A DNA stretch of 64,000 bases from Deinococcus sp. GTDB lineage: Bacteria; Deinococcota; Deinococci; Deinococcales; Deinococcaceae. Shown here piece by piece: positions 1-11,303 of this stretch (the stretch's first letter is position 1; each line of letters begins with the position of its first letter). The notes below the pieces were generated by a model. It saw only the letters and a program-made list of their open reading frames with translations. It searched no databases and was not told where the DNA came from. The position numbers and the translations under genes are program-made. Location of the stretch: assembly GCA_965261005.1 (NCBI GenBank), contig OZ253375.1, positions 576,001-640,000 of the forward strand, written 5' to 3'.

Positions 1-1467
1 CACGCCGGGATGGCCGAAGACCTTGGCGTACCGCAGGGCCGTCAGGGCGTTGGCCTCATCGTTGGGCGTCAGGGCGATCAGGCGCCCGACGCCGCTGAGG
101 TTCAGCTCCTCGTCGCTGCGCTCACTGACCAAGCTGCCGTAGTAAGCGTTGAGGCCGCGCAGCTTGGCGGTCTGCACGTTGTCGAAGTTGGTGTCGCCCA
201 ACACGACGTTGACGCCCTCCTCTTGAAGCGCGCTGGCGAGGTCGCGCGCCAGCGGGTGCGCGCCCAGCAGCAGGTAGCCGTACGGCTCGGGCTGCGCCAC
301 CGAGAGCGCCCGCGCCACCGGGCGCGAGGTGAGGCTCGCCAGCACGCCGGTCCCAACGATCACCGTGAAGACCAGCGGCAGTAGGTCGCCGGCGCCCTCC
401 ACCCCGGCCCGTTGCAACCTCAGCGCCAAAATGCTGCTGACGGCGGCGGCCACGATGCCCCTGGGGGCGGTCCAGGCCACAAAGGCGCGCTCGCGCCAAC
501 TCAGGCGCCCGCCCAAGGTGCTCAGAAACACGCTGAGGGGCCGCACCAGCAGCACCAGCGCGACCAGCACCGCCAAGTTGCGCAGCTCCAGCGTGGCGGT
601 GAGGGCGCCCCTCGGCACGTTCGCCGCCAGCACCACGAACAGCACGCTGATGAGGAGCACCACCAACTCCTCTTTGAAGGTGCGCAGCGTCTCGCCCCTG
701 GGTACGCCCGCGTTGGCGACCACCACGCCCATCAAGGTGGTCGCCAGCAGGCCGCTTTCCTCGGCAAAGGCGTCGCTGACCCCGTAAGCGAGAAAGACCA
801 GCGAGAGCGAGGTCACGTTGATCAGGTAGTCGGGGATGAATTCGCGCCGCAGCGCCCAGGCCAGCAACAGGCCGAAGGGGACGCCCACGGCGGCCCCGAC
901 CAGCAGAAACCGGGTGAATTGCAGCAGCAGTTCGCCCGGCTCGCTTCTGAAGACGGCCTCGTAGGCCAGCAGCGCGGCCAACGCGCCCACGACGTCGATC
1001 AGGATGCCTTCCCACGTCAGCACCCGCTGCACGCCCTCGGTGACCCGCACCCCGCGCAGAAGCGGCCCGATCACGGTGGGGCCGGTGACCATCACCAGCG
1101 CGCCGAACAGCACCGCGACGTTCCACGGCATGCCGGTCAGCAGCGTGGCGGCGGCGGCGGCGAGGACCCAGGTCACGGCCGCCCCGATGGTCACCAAGCG
1201 GAAGACCGAGCCGCCCTGGCCGCGAATCTCCTTGAACCGCAGCGTCAAACCGCCCTCGAACAGGATCACGCCCACCGCGAGACCGACCAGCGGCGCGAGG
1301 CCGCCGCCAAACAGCTTGGCGGGATTGATCAGGCCGGTCAGCGGCCCTACCACGAAGCCGATGAGGAGCAGCGGCAGAATGGCCGGCAAACGGGTCTTGC
1401 TGGCGAGCAATTGCGCCGCGATGCCCAGGGCGATGATGACGGGAAGGGCTAAGGTGACGCTGTTCAC
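1..1467 (-). CDS. Cation:proton antiporter (CPA1/NhaP-like) with probable C-terminal Rossmann-type domain; runs off the window start
   Basis: Not in the ORF track. Manual translation from GTG at 1467 gives MNSVTLALPVIIALGIAAQLLASKTRLPAILPLLLIGFVVGP..., with later ILFEGGL, VTGPTVI, WEGILID and PRGIVAAAVS motifs typical of CPA1 antiporters. Confidence 0.85.
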   Translation of the reverse strand, partial: MNSVTLALPVIIALGIAAQLLASKTRLPAILPLLLIGFVVGPLTGLINPAKLFGGGLAPLVGLAVGVILFEGGLTLRFKEIRGQGGSVFRLVTIGAAVTWVLAAAAATLLTGMPWNVAVLFGALVMVTGPTVIGPLLRGVRVTEGVQRVLTWEGILIDVVGALAALLAYEAVFRSEPGELLLQFTRFLLVGAAVGVPFGLLLAWALRREFIPDYLINVTSLSLVFLAYGVSDAFAEESGLLATTLMGVVVANAGVPRGETLRTFKEELVVLLISVLFVVLAANVPRGALTATLELRNLAVLVALVLLVRPLSVFLSTLGGRLSWRERAFVAWTAPRGIVAAAVSSILALRLQRAGVEGAGDLLPLVFTVIVGTGVLASLTSRPVARALSVAQPEPYGYLLLGAHPLARDLASALQEEGVNVVLGDTNFDNVQTAKLRGLNAYYGSLVSERSDEELNLSGVGRLIALTPNDEANALTALRYAKVFGHPGV

Positions 1468-1559
1468 CGGGCCATTGTGGCGTTCGGCCGTCGGGGCGGG
1501 CGCGAACATGAAAAGAAGCCCAAGCGCAGTTCAGGGGCGGGGTAGGGAAAAATAGGCGT

Positions 1560-3221
1560 ATGTCCCCTGCCCCCCACATTTCCTCCTTGGCCGGCCAGCC
1601 CGCCCCGCCCGCGCAGCTCGTGGACGTGCCGCGCCTGCTTGAGGCTTACTTGGCCACCTTTCCGGACCCCGGCAAGCCGGCCCAGCGGGTCGCCTTTGGC
1701 ACCAGCGGGCACCGCGGCAGCAGCCTGGACGGCAGCTTCACCGACGCGCACATCGCCGCCATCAGCCAGGCGACGGCCGAACGGCGCGCGCGCGATGGCG
1801 TGAGCGGGCCACTGTACGTCGGGATGGACACCCACGCGCTGAGTGAGAGCGCCTGGGTCACGGCGGTGGAGGTGCTGGCCGCGAACGGCGTGCAGCTGCG
1901 CTACCAAACCGGGCGCGGCTACACGCCCACGCCCCTGGTATCGCACGCCATCCTGGCCCACAACCGGGATGGGGCGGGCAGGCAGGCCGACGGCGTCGTC
2001 ATCACGCCCAGCCACAACCCGCCGCAGGACGGCGGCTTCAAGTACAACCCCCCGACGGGCGGCCCCGCCGACACGGGCACGACCAAGTGGATTCAGGACC
2101 GCGCCAACGCGCTGCTGGAAGCCGGCCTCAGCGGCGTGCAGCGGGTCCAACTGGACAAAGCCCTCGACATGCCGAACGTTCAGGAATACGACTTCATCGC
2201 GCCCTATGTGCGCGATTTGCCGAACGTGGTGGACATTGAGGCCATCAAAGCGGGCGGGGTGCGGCTGGGGGTAGACCCGATGGGCGGGTCCAGCTTGCCG
2301 GTCTGGGAAGCGGTGCGCGACCTGCTCGGGGTTCCCTTGACGGTTGTGAACGCGCGGCTCGACCCCACCTTCGCCTTTGTGCCGCTCGATTGGGACGGCC
2401 AGATTCGCATGGACTGCTCCAGCCCCTACGCGATGGCGAACGTGCTGAAGGTGGCCGGCGACTACGACGTGGCGGTGGGCAACGACCCCGACGCCGACCG
2501 TCACGGGATCGTGACGGGGGCGGGCCTGATGAATCCGAACCACTACCTGGCCGTGTGTGTGGACTACCTGTTTCGCCACCGCCCGGAATGGGGACGGGAA
2601 GCGGGCGTCGGCAAGACGCTGGTCAGCAGCTCGTTGATTGACAAGGTGACGGCGGCCCTGGGACGCCAGTTGGTCGAGGTGCCGGTGGGCTTCAAGTACT
2701 TCGTGCCGGGGTTGCTGTCGGGCGCGCTCGGCTTCGGCGGCGAGGAAAGCGCCGGGGCCTCATTTCTGCGGCGCGGCGGCACGACCTGGACCACCGACAA
2801 GGACGGCCTGATTCTGGGCCTGCTGGCCGCCGAGATCACGGCGGTCACAGGCAAAACGCCGGACCTGCACTTCCGGGAATTGGAGGCGCGCTTCGGAAAG
2901 AGCTTTTACGCCCGCGTGGACGCCCCCGCCAGCGCCGCACAGAAAAAGGTGCTCGCTGGCCTCTCCCCCGAGCAGGTGAACGCCGCCGAGCTGGCCGGCG
3001 AACCCATCACCGCCAAGCTGACCCAGGCGCCCGGCGACGGTGAGCTTATCGGAGGTTTGAAGGTGACCACCGAACACGCCTGGTTCGCAGCGCGGCCCAG
3101 TGGCACGGAGGACGTCTACAAAATCTACGCCGAGAGCTTTGTGAGCGAGGATCACTTGACGCGGGTGCAGGACGCGGCGCGCGAGGTCGTGGGTCAGGCG
3201 TTTCAGGACGCCGGGCTGTAA
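1560..3221 (+). CDS. pgm: Phosphoglucomutase (alpha-D-glucose-1,6-bisphosphate-dependent)
   Basis: [15 protein letters not shown] (phosphoserine), DPDADR (metal loop), GGEESAG, RPSGTE motifs. Confidence 0.97.
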   Translation: MSPAPHISSLAGQPAPPAQLVDVPRLLEAYLATFPDPGKPAQRVAFGTSGHRGSSLDGSFTDAHIAAISQATAERRARDGVSGPLYVGMDTHALSESAWVTAVEVLAANGVQLRYQTGRGYTPTPLVSHAILAHNRDGAGRQADGVVITPSHNPPQDGGFKYNPPTGGPADTGTTKWIQDRANALLEAGLSGVQRVQLDKALDMPNVQEYDFIAPYVRDLPNVVDIEAIKAGGVRLGVDPMGGSSLPVWEAVRDLLGVPLTVVNARLDPTFAFVPLDWDGQIRMDCSSPYAMANVLKVAGDYDVAVGNDPDADRHGIVTGAGLMNPNHYLAVCVDYLFRHRPEWGREAGVGKTLVSSSLIDKVTAALGRQLVEVPVGFKYFVPGLLSGALGFGGEESAGASFLRRGGTTWTTDKDGLILGLLAAEITAVTGKTPDLHFRELEARFGKSFYARVDAPASAAQKKVLAGLSPEQVNAAELAGEPITAKLTQAPGDGELIGGLKVTTEHAWFAARPSGTEDVYKIYAESFVSEDHLTRVQDAAREVVGQAFQDAGL

Positions 3222-3231
3222 AGGAGAAACC

Positions 3232-3411
3232 ATGCCCTACAAAAACATCTCGGATTTGCCGCAGTCGCAGGTGGACCAGTACAGCCACCATCAAAAGGAG
3301 GTGTTTCTGGCCGCCTTCAACAACGCCGAGCAGGAATACGGCGACGAACACCGGGCCTTTGCCGTCGCCCACGCCGCCGCCAAAAAGGCGGGCGACAAGC
3401 AGGAAAAATAG
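3232..3411 (+). CDS. chaB: ChaB family small protein (59 aa)
   Basis: Below the ORF-track cutoff. AAGGAG SD, then MPYKNISDLPQSQVDQYSHHQKEVFLAAFNNAEQEYGDEHRAFAVAHAAAKK, matching the ChaB pattern. Confidence 0.85.
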   Translation: MPYKNISDLPQSQVDQYSHHQKEVFLAAFNNAEQEYGDEHRAFAVAHAAAKKAGDKQEK

Positions 3412-3477
3412 GGCGTAAGAAACGTGAGAAAATACACGACCTCATGAAGGGCGGGCGCGGATGTGCTCGCATGGGAC

Positions 3478-4590
3478 ATGGCGCGATCCCACCTTTCCGT
3501 CCTGCTCGCCCTGTTGCTGCTCGGTTCTGCCGCCGCCGGACGCGACACCGTCACCGTGAAGCGCGGCGACACCCTGAGCAGCGTCGCGCGGGCGCACGGT
3601 ACCACGGTCCGTCACCTCAAGCGGCTGAACAACGTCAAGGCCGATCAACTGCTGGTCGGCCAGCAGCTGCGCCTCAACCCGCTGCCCGCCCCCAAGCTGG
3701 AGCCGGCCAAGCCCAGGGCCTACACACGGCCTCCTCCAATTGCCGCTCCCGCCGCGAGCGTGACGGTCAAGGCCGGCGACACCCTCAGCAAGCTGGCCCG
3801 GCAACACGGCACCAGCGTAGCGCGGTTGCGGCAGCTCAACGGCCTGAGGTCCAGCACCATCTTGGTGGGCCAGCGCCTGCTGGTCGGCGCGGCGCCGGCG
3901 CGCGGCGACAGCGTCCGCCTGCTGAGCGCCAAGGTGCTGGGCGTGCCGGTCAAGGTGATCGAGGTGGACTTGCGCGACCCAAACGTGCTGGTCACGCCGC
4001 TGCTACCCGTCCACGGGCTGGGAAGCGGTGAGGGATTTGACGCAATGGCGAGGCGCTCGGGGGCCACGGCCGTCATCAACGGCAGCTACTTTCACCCGCG
4101 CTCCTACGCGCCGGCGGGCGATCTGGTGGTCCACGGCAACTTCGTGTCTTTGGGCCGGGTACCCACGGCCGTCACCATCACGCCGGACAACTTGGCGGCC
4201 ATTCGCCCGGTCAACTTGTTCCGCACCGCCGCGTGGCGCGGCTTCGAGACGGTGGTCGCCAGCGGGCCGTACATTCTGCGCGCGGGCGCGGTGCAACGGG
4301 GCGCCGACTCGGCCTACCAAGACGGCGCCCTGTTTCGGCGGGCGGCGCGCAGCGCGGTGGGCCTGAAGGGTGGGCGCCACCTGATCTTTATGAGCACGCG
4401 GGCGCCGCTTACCACCTTGGAGGCCGCCAAGCTGATGCGCGCCCTCGGCGCCCAGGACGCGGTGCTGCTCGACGGCGGCTCCAGCACCGGCCTGGCGTGG
4501 CAAGGGCGCACCCTGATCCGGCCGGCCCGCAAGATCGCCTACGGCATCGCCATTTACGCCGACTACAAGGGAACGCGCTACACCCGCTGA
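3478..4590 (+). CDS. Secreted protein with two LysM domains and a phosphodiester glycosidase (NAGPA/DUF2233-like) domain
   Basis: Signal peptide; two TVKxGDTL..AR.HGT.V..L..LN LysM repeats; INGSYF, ARSAVG, LDGGSS motifs. Confidence 0.88.
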   Translation: MARSHLSVLLALLLLGSAAAGRDTVTVKRGDTLSSVARAHGTTVRHLKRLNNVKADQLLVGQQLRLNPLPAPKLEPAKPRAYTRPPPIAAPAASVTVKAGDTLSKLARQHGTSVARLRQLNGLRSSTILVGQRLLVGAAPARGDSVRLLSAKVLGVPVKVIEVDLRDPNVLVTPLLPVHGLGSGEGFDAMARRSGATAVINGSYFHPRSYAPAGDLVVHGNFVSLGRVPTAVTITPDNLAAIRPVNLFRTAAWRGFETVVASGPYILRAGAVQRGADSAYQDGALFRRAARSAVGLKGGRHLIFMSTRAPLTTLEAAKLMRALGAQDAVLLDGGSSTGLAWQGRTLIRPARKIAYGIAIYADYKGTRYTR

Positions 4591-4591
4591 T

Positions 4592-5137
4592 TCATTCGCG
4601 CCCGGTCTTGATGTTCACGTCCCCGAACTCCACCTCGACCGTCTCGGCGTAGCGCTGGCCGTTCTTCTTGTCGTGCCGCTTGAAGGTCGGCGGCTCGATC
4701 TTCACGTTTAGGGTGTAGTGGCCGTCGCCGGGAACCTGCAAGTCCAGGCCGTAGTGATAAAGGCCGGGGTGCCACAAAAAGGGCACCTCGAAGGGGCCAA
4801 CCCTTTGCCCGTCCTGCTTTGTCAGGGTCGCGTGAATCTTGAGGGCCGGGATAAAGCGCCCGTCTGCCGCGTCGCTCACCGAGATTTCCAAATGGCAGTT
4901 GTCGCCGGGCGCCGGCTCTTGCCACTCCAGGTTCCCTTCACTCAGGAGGGCGTACATGCCCTCGGCCTCTTCCTGGGCGTAGCCGACGGTGTAGTCGCCC
5001 GCCCGCTGGGTGGCGCCGGTGTGGGCGACCTCGTTCACCATGTACTGAAGAGCCTCCTGGTAAGCGTCCCCGTCTTTGCGGGCGATCTGGAGCTGCTTCC
5101 GGTCGGCCTCGTCGCTGGGCTGCATCTTCTGGGTCAT
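4592..5137 (-). CDS. P19/Tp34-like iron-transport family protein
   Basis: EEAEGMY, HLEISV.D...GRFIP, WHPGLYHYG and G.Y.L.V.I.PP.F.RHD motifs. Confidence 0.7.
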   Translation of the reverse strand: MTQKMQPSDEADRKQLQIARKDGDAYQEALQYMVNEVAHTGATQRAGDYTVGYAQEEAEGMYALLSEGNLEWQEPAPGDNCHLEISVSDAADGRFIPALKIHATLTKQDGQRVGPFEVPFLWHPGLYHYGLDLQVPGDGHYTLNVKIEPPTFKRHDKKNGQRYAETVEVEFGDVNIKTGRE

Positions 5138-5236
5138 GCCGACCAGTCTTCCGGGGAGAGATGGGGGATGGGGACGGTGTTTGTTAAAAGGGTCTTGAGG
5201 GCCGTGCTCCCGTCATCCGAGATGTAAAATGACACC

Positions 5237-5491
5237 ATGACGACGCACGACAATTATGACGCCTATGTACGCGCGCACGGTAGAGTGACAATTCCGCAGG
5301 AGGTCCGGTCGCTGCTGGGACTTTCAGAAGGCGACAAGGTGAGCTTTCTGGTGGAGCAGGACGGCACGGTCAAGCTGGTGACGGCGGCCCAAATCGCGCG
5401 TCAGCTTTACGGCATTTACGCTCATTTGAGCAACGGTCACGTCGTGGATGACTTTATCGCCGAACGTCACCGCGACGCAGAAGCGGAGTGA
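5237..5491 (+). CDS. AbrB/MazE/SpoVT family antitoxin
   Basis: GRVTIPQEVRSLLGLSEGDKVSF motif; stop overlaps the PIN gene start (GTGA). Confidence 0.9.
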   Translation: MTTHDNYDAYVRAHGRVTIPQEVRSLLGLSEGDKVSFLVEQDGTVKLVTAAQIARQLYGIYAHLSNGHVVDDFIAERHRDAEAE

Positions 5492-5907
5492 CGGTTTTTA
5501 ACGCGGTCGTGCTCGATGCCAGCGCCCTCCTCGCTTTTGTGTTGGCCGAACCCGGTGGAGAGCGGGTCATCGCGGCACTGTCGAGCGACGCCAGAACTGT
5601 ACTTCATTTGGTCAATTGGACCGAGGTGATGACACGGATGGCCAACTTGGGCACACCTCCACAAGCGCTGGAGACGCTGCTCACCCAGCGGGGTCTGCTT
5701 CACCAAAGCTTGCGGCTCGAACCGGGAACGCCGGAAGACGCCCGCCGCGCGGCGGAACTGCGCGCCCTGACCCGCCACGCCGGGCTGAGCCTGGGGGACC
5801 GCTGCTGCCTCGCCTTGGGCCAGCGTCTCGGCGCGCGGGTGCTTACGGCCGACCGGGCTTGGGGTCAGGTCCAGCTTCCCGGCGTCCAGATCGAACTGAT
5901 TCGCTGA
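5488..5907 (+). CDS. vapC: VapC-type PIN domain toxin
   Basis: VLDASALLA, VNWTEV, LSLGDRCCLA, VLTADRAW motifs. Confidence 0.92.
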   Translation: MTVFNAVVLDASALLAFVLAEPGGERVIAALSSDARTVLHLVNWTEVMTRMANLGTPPQALETLLTQRGLLHQSLRLEPGTPEDARRAAELRALTRHAGLSLGDRCCLALGQRLGARVLTADRAWGQVQLPGVQIELIR

Positions 5908-6024
5908 ATTGTTTGACTGGATTAATTCATTGGGCGGTCCAGGCCGTTCTCCCCCATTCCCGACCGTCCCACCAACGTTCCACCCCCCACGCCCTAGACT
6001 TGGGCCAATGCTTGGAGCAACCCC

Positions 6025-6069
6025 ATGAGCGCCATCTACCCAGCGAAGCGCCGGAATGGCGCCTCGTGA
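6025..6069 (+). other. 14-codon upstream ORF duplicating the first five dnaX codons
   Basis: GGAG SD at 6014-6017; ATG AGC GCC ATC TAC CCA ... TGA; stop overlaps the dnaX GTG. Confidence 0.5.
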
Positions 6070-8168
6070 GCGCCATCTACCAGCGCGCCCGCCCCATTCG
6101 TTGGGACCAGGTGGTGGGCCAGGAGCACGTGCGCGACGTGCTGCAAGCCGCCCTAGAGCGCGGCAAGCTGGGCCACGCCTACCTGTTTTCAGGGCCGCGC
6201 GGCGTGGGCAAGACGACCACCGCGCGCCTGATCGCCATGACCGCCAACTGCGAGGGACCGGACCCCAAGCCCTGCGGCGAGTGCACCTCTTGCCTGGAGG
6301 TGCGCGCCGGCAGCCACCCGGACGTGCGTGAGATTGACGCGGCCAGCCACAACAGCGTGGACGACGTGCGCGAGCTGCGCGAAAACCTCAACCTCGCCTC
6401 TATGCGCGGCGGCAAAAAGATCTACATTCTCGACGAGGCGCACATGATGTCGCGCGCCGCCTTCAACGCCCTCTTAAAGACCTTGGAGGAGCCGCCCGGC
6501 CACGTCATCTTCGTGCTGGCGACCACCGAGCCGGAAAAGATCTTGCCGACTATCTTGTCGCGCTGTCAGCACTACCGCTTTCGGCGCCTCTCGGAGGCCG
6601 AGATCGCGGGCAAGCTGGCCGCTTTGTGCGCGCAGGAAGGCGTGGCGGCCGAGGAAAGCGCCCTCAACTTGATCGGGCGTCTGGCGGACGGGGCCATGCG
6701 CGACGGCGAGAGCTTGCTGGAGCGCATGCTCTCGACCGGGGAGGCCATCACGCGCGGAAGCGTGGAGGCCGCCCTGGGCCTGCCCCCTTCCGAGCGGATG
6801 GCGGACATGGCGCGCGCCTTGGCGCTCCCCGACGCGGAGGGGCTGCTGGCCGGGGCCGCCCAGCTGTACCGCGAGGGCTACGCCGCCCGGACGGTGGTAG
6901 GGGGCCTCTTGGGCGCGCTGCGCGACGCCCTGCACGCCGAGCTGGGTCTCGGCGAGGGGGAACGTCTGGAGGGCGCGGGCGTGCCGCGCCTGCTGCGCCT
7001 GCAAGCCGCCCTCGACGAGCAGGAAGCCCGCTTCGCGCGCGGGGCCGACTTGCTGAACTTGGAGCTGGCGCTGACGCACGCCCTGCTGGCCGGCGAGGTG
7101 GCGGGCGCAGGCGCCATGACCGCGTCCGCGAGCAGCCCGCCCACCGATGTCAACCTGCGCCTGAGCAAGATTGAGCGCGAATTGAGCGCCCTGAAAAGTG
7201 TGCCGCGCCCGGCCGCAAAAGCCGAGGTGCCCGACTTCGACCCCGGCGCGCGGGGCAGCCGCGCCACGCCGGCCCCCGCCAAAGAGGCCGCGCCGCAAGC
7301 CGCCGAGGGTGCGCCTTCCGTTCCTCAAGGCTCTTGGACTGACGTGCTGCGCCTCGCCGACATCAAGATGCGCGCCCTGCTGAAGGTGGCGCGCGCCAAT
7401 CCCATCGAGGGCGCCTTGATCGTCACCTACGACGAGCGCCACAAATTTCACGCCAAGCAGGTGCAGGACAAGTTCGAGGAGTTGGCCGGCTTGGTCGAGC
7501 GGGTCTACGGCCCCATCGAGCTGGAACTGGTCACGTCCGAGGGCAGCAAGAAAAAATCGGGACGGCGCGCTGAACCCGCTGCTATGGCGCAAGTGGTCGA
7601 GCAGGCCGCCCGGCAGGTCGAGGTGCGGACGGTGGCCGAACCCGAGCGTCCCGCCGCCCCGCCCATCACGCCGCCCGAGTCCAAGACGGGTCCCGCAGAA
7701 TTCGCCGCCGTGCCCGACTTTTCCCCGCAGCGCCCAACACCCATCAAACCAACGCCCACCGAAAGCGCGCCGCCCAAAGCTGAGGTCGCCAAAGTCGAGG
7801 TGACCCCAGCCGCGATTCCAACGCCCCAGCCCTCCGTCTATGACCCCGAGCCGATTTTCCAAGAGCCGGTCTGGGACGACGTGCCGCCAACTTCCCCGGC
7901 GCCCTTGCCGGAGGCGAGCTGGGACGACCTGAGCGCGGCGCCCCGAGCCGAGAAGACCGTTCAGGCCGAGCCGAGCCGGCCCGCTCCCAGGGCCGTTCGC
8001 GGCGCGCTCAAGAGTGCCCCCGCCGTCGCCGCCCATCCCCTTTTTGCGGAGGCGCAGCGCCTGTTTCCCGGCAAGGTGCAGGCGGCGGGCGTGGTGCGGC
8101 GCAAGGCGGGCGCGGGGGCAGACGAGGAAGAGGGGGCGGAGGAAGGGCCGTCAGAGGCCGGGGCTTGA
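6066..8168 (+). CDS. dnaX: DNA polymerase III subunit gamma/tau with a long Pro/Ala-rich C-terminal region
   Basis: YLFSGPRGVGKTT, Cys zinc motif, EIDAAS, ILDEAHM, SRC motifs; start placed at GTG 6066 (MSAIYQRARP). Confidence 0.96.
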   Translation: MSAIYQRARPIRWDQVVGQEHVRDVLQAALERGKLGHAYLFSGPRGVGKTTTARLIAMTANCEGPDPKPCGECTSCLEVRAGSHPDVREIDAASHNSVDDVRELRENLNLASMRGGKKIYILDEAHMMSRAAFNALLKTLEEPPGHVIFVLATTEPEKILPTILSRCQHYRFRRLSEAEIAGKLAALCAQEGVAAEESALNLIGRLADGAMRDGESLLERMLSTGEAITRGSVEAALGLPPSERMADMARALALPDAEGLLAGAAQLYREGYAARTVVGGLLGALRDALHAELGLGEGERLEGAGVPRLLRLQAALDEQEARFARGADLLNLELALTHALLAGEVAGAGAMTASASSPPTDVNLRLSKIERELSALKSVPRPAAKAEVPDFDPGARGSRATPAPAKEAAPQAAEGAPSVPQGSWTDVLRLADIKMRALLKVARANPIEGALIVTYDERHKFHAKQVQDKFEELAGLVERVYGPIELELVTSEGSKKKSGRRAEPAAMAQVVEQAARQVEVRTVAEPERPAAPPITPPESKTGPAEFAAVPDFSPQRPTPIKPTPTESAPPKAEVAKVEVTPAAIPTPQPSVYDPEPIFQEPVWDDVPPTSPAPLPEASWDDLSAAPRAEKTVQAEPSRPAPRAVRGALKSAPAVAAHPLFAEAQRLFPGKVQAAGVVRRKAGAGADEEEGAEEGPSEAGA

Positions 8169-9125
8169 AGCTGGCTGGATGCGGCGGCCCAGCACCAGCC
8201 GGGCGCCCAGCGCCGCAAAGGTTAGCAGCGCCGCCAAGACGCCCAGCGTCAAACCGTCCGGCGCGGTCAGCGGTTGCGCCCGCAGCGCCTGCCAAGTGAC
8301 GAGGGCCGTGAGGCCCAGGTACACACCGGCGCCCACGAATACCAAGCGGGTCTTTTGACGGGTCGCCAAGTCGCGCCGCCGCTCGATCAGCCAGGCCAGC
8401 AGCGGCAGCACCTGGAGGGCGTGCATCCCGACGAAGTGCCCAATTCTCAGGTCGCCCCCCGCCGTGCTCCAGCCGACCAGCGGCAAGCCGGGGCCACCGT
8501 CCGGCACGCCGACGCTATGGGCGCCCAGGGTGGTCATGCCGAGTCCGGCCCGCGCGCCCGCCAACTGCTGGGCGGTCGGCGAGGTCATCAAGAAGCCCTC
8601 GGCGAGGCCCAGCACGGCGATGAGGAGACCCAGCCGAACTCCCCAAGCCAGCACCGGGTTCCCGATGCGCTGGCGCAGCAGCAGCGCGGCGACGGCGAGA
8701 TTGGCGAGCCACAGGACCAGGATGGCCGCGCCCATCGAGATCCACAGCGCGCCATTGAGCGGCGAGGACACGTTGAAGTGCGAGGTCACGCCGCGCGCCG
8801 CCTGCCCGCCGATGACCAGCATTTCCACGGCAAAGCTGCCCAGAATCAGCCACGCCAGCGCGCTCACCAGCTTCTTCTTCCCCTCGACGAAGCCCAGCAT
8901 CCACAAGATGGTGAGGGTGTAGACCGTGATGGACACGCTGAACTTGAGCGGCTTGAGCCACACCGGGGCGCCGGTCACGTAGCGGGGGTCGAGAAACACG
9001 CCGGCCAGGAAGAACACGCCCAGCGAGGCAGCCACCACCCCTGAGATCAGCAGCGGCGGGTGAACGTCCCACAAACGGCGCAAGATGGCGGGAATGCGGG
9101 CGGGCAACGAACGCAGGGTGAGCAT
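8151..9125 (-). CDS. Conserved polytopic membrane protein of unknown function
   Basis: GAGGAG SD before ATG 9125; about 7 hydrophobic segments; WLKPLKF, SHFN, GAHSVG, GGDLRIGHFVGMHALQ. Confidence 0.8.
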   Translation of the reverse strand: MLTLRSLPARIPAILRRLWDVHPPLLISGVVAASLGVFFLAGVFLDPRYVTGAPVWLKPLKFSVSITVYTLTILWMLGFVEGKKKLVSALAWLILGSFAVEMLVIGGQAARGVTSHFNVSSPLNGALWISMGAAILVLWLANLAVAALLLRQRIGNPVLAWGVRLGLLIAVLGLAEGFLMTSPTAQQLAGARAGLGMTTLGAHSVGVPDGGPGLPLVGWSTAGGDLRIGHFVGMHALQVLPLLAWLIERRRDLATRQKTRLVFVGAGVYLGLTALVTWQALRAQPLTAPDGLTLGVLAALLTFAALGARLVLGRRIQPASSPGL

Positions 9126-9154
9126 GATCTTCTCCTCAAACACGACTGTTTATA

Positions 9155-9167
9155 TTTACAGTGTTAA
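9155..9167. promoter_or_regulatory. Putative TetR operator TTTACAGTGTTAA
   Basis: Imperfect palindrome, identical copy at 9845-9857. Confidence 0.7.
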
Positions 9168-9182
9168 GTAGACGGCATAGCG

Positions 9183-9830
9183 TCATGGCAGCATCCCTTG
9201 GAGCGCCACCTCCGTGTATTCCTCGAACAGCGCCAGGGTCGTTTGTTCGGAGAAATAGGACGTCGAGAGGCTGAGGGCGACCAAGCCGTGAACCAGAGAC
9301 CACAAAAAACTGGTGAGAACGTCCGTGCCGGGGCCGCGCAACTCGCCGCTCGCCAGCCCCTCCTCGACCGTCCGCCGCAGCACGCCGAAGGAGTCAATGA
9401 CCGGGGTGCAGCCGGCCGGCGCGGGCCGCTCCAAAAATTCGCCGCGCTGCATGAACATCAGGCGGTAGTGAACGGGGCGTTCCAGCCCGAAGCACACGTA
9501 GGCGCGTCCCAGTTGGGCGATGCGTTCTGGCGCGTTGTCGGCGCCGTCATAAGCTGCTTGCAGCCGCGCGCCGAAGTCTTGAAAGCCCTCCATAGCGACC
9601 TGGAACAGCAACTCGTCCTTGTCCGTGAAGTACAGGTAGATGGTGGTGGGCGAGTAACCGACCGCCTCGGCCACCTGGCGCAGGGAAAAGCCCTCGTAGC
9701 CTTTGCTGGCGAACAGCTCGGCGGCGGCGTTCAGAATGGCGCGGCGCAGGTCTTCTTTTTGCCGGGCGCGGTGCAGGGCGCTCTTTTGTTGCAATCGCGC
9801 CCCTCTGGTTGCTTCCGTCCCTTCGCTCAT
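9183..9830 (-). CDS. TetR/AcrR family regulator with WHG-like C-terminal domain
   Basis: AILNAAAELF...FSLRQVAEAVGYSPTTIYLYFTDKDELL helix-turn-helix; WSLVHG. Confidence 0.93.
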   Translation of the reverse strand: MSEGTEATRGARLQQKSALHRARQKEDLRRAILNAAAELFASKGYEGFSLRQVAEAVGYSPTTIYLYFTDKDELLFQVAMEGFQDFGARLQAAYDGADNAPERIAQLGRAYVCFGLERPVHYRLMFMQRGEFLERPAPAGCTPVIDSFGVLRRTVEEGLASGELRGPGTDVLTSFLWSLVHGLVALSLSTSYFSEQTTLALFEEYTEVALQGMLP

Positions 9831-9844
9831 ACCTGTACTTTTAC

Positions 9845-9857
9845 TTTACAGTGTTAA
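9845..9857. promoter_or_regulatory. Putative TetR operator TTTACAGTGTTAA (autoregulatory copy)
   Basis: Identical to 9155-9167; just upstream of the tetR start. Confidence 0.7.
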
Positions 9858-9926
9858 CCATGTCAAGCCCTCCTGTTTCCTCACCCGGCCCCGGCGTAGC
9901 GTGACAACACTGTGAATTCCCAAGCC

Positions 9927-11299
<1,373 letters not shown>

Positions 11300-11303
<4 letters not shown>

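Noticed and set aside
5908..6024. SRP RNA or another ncRNA upstream of dnaX
   Set aside because: No SRP conserved loop motif or long stem recognisable
5616..6065. 150-aa N-terminal extension of DnaX in the ORF track
   Set aside because: Overlaps vapC in another frame; DnaX similarity starts at GTG 6066
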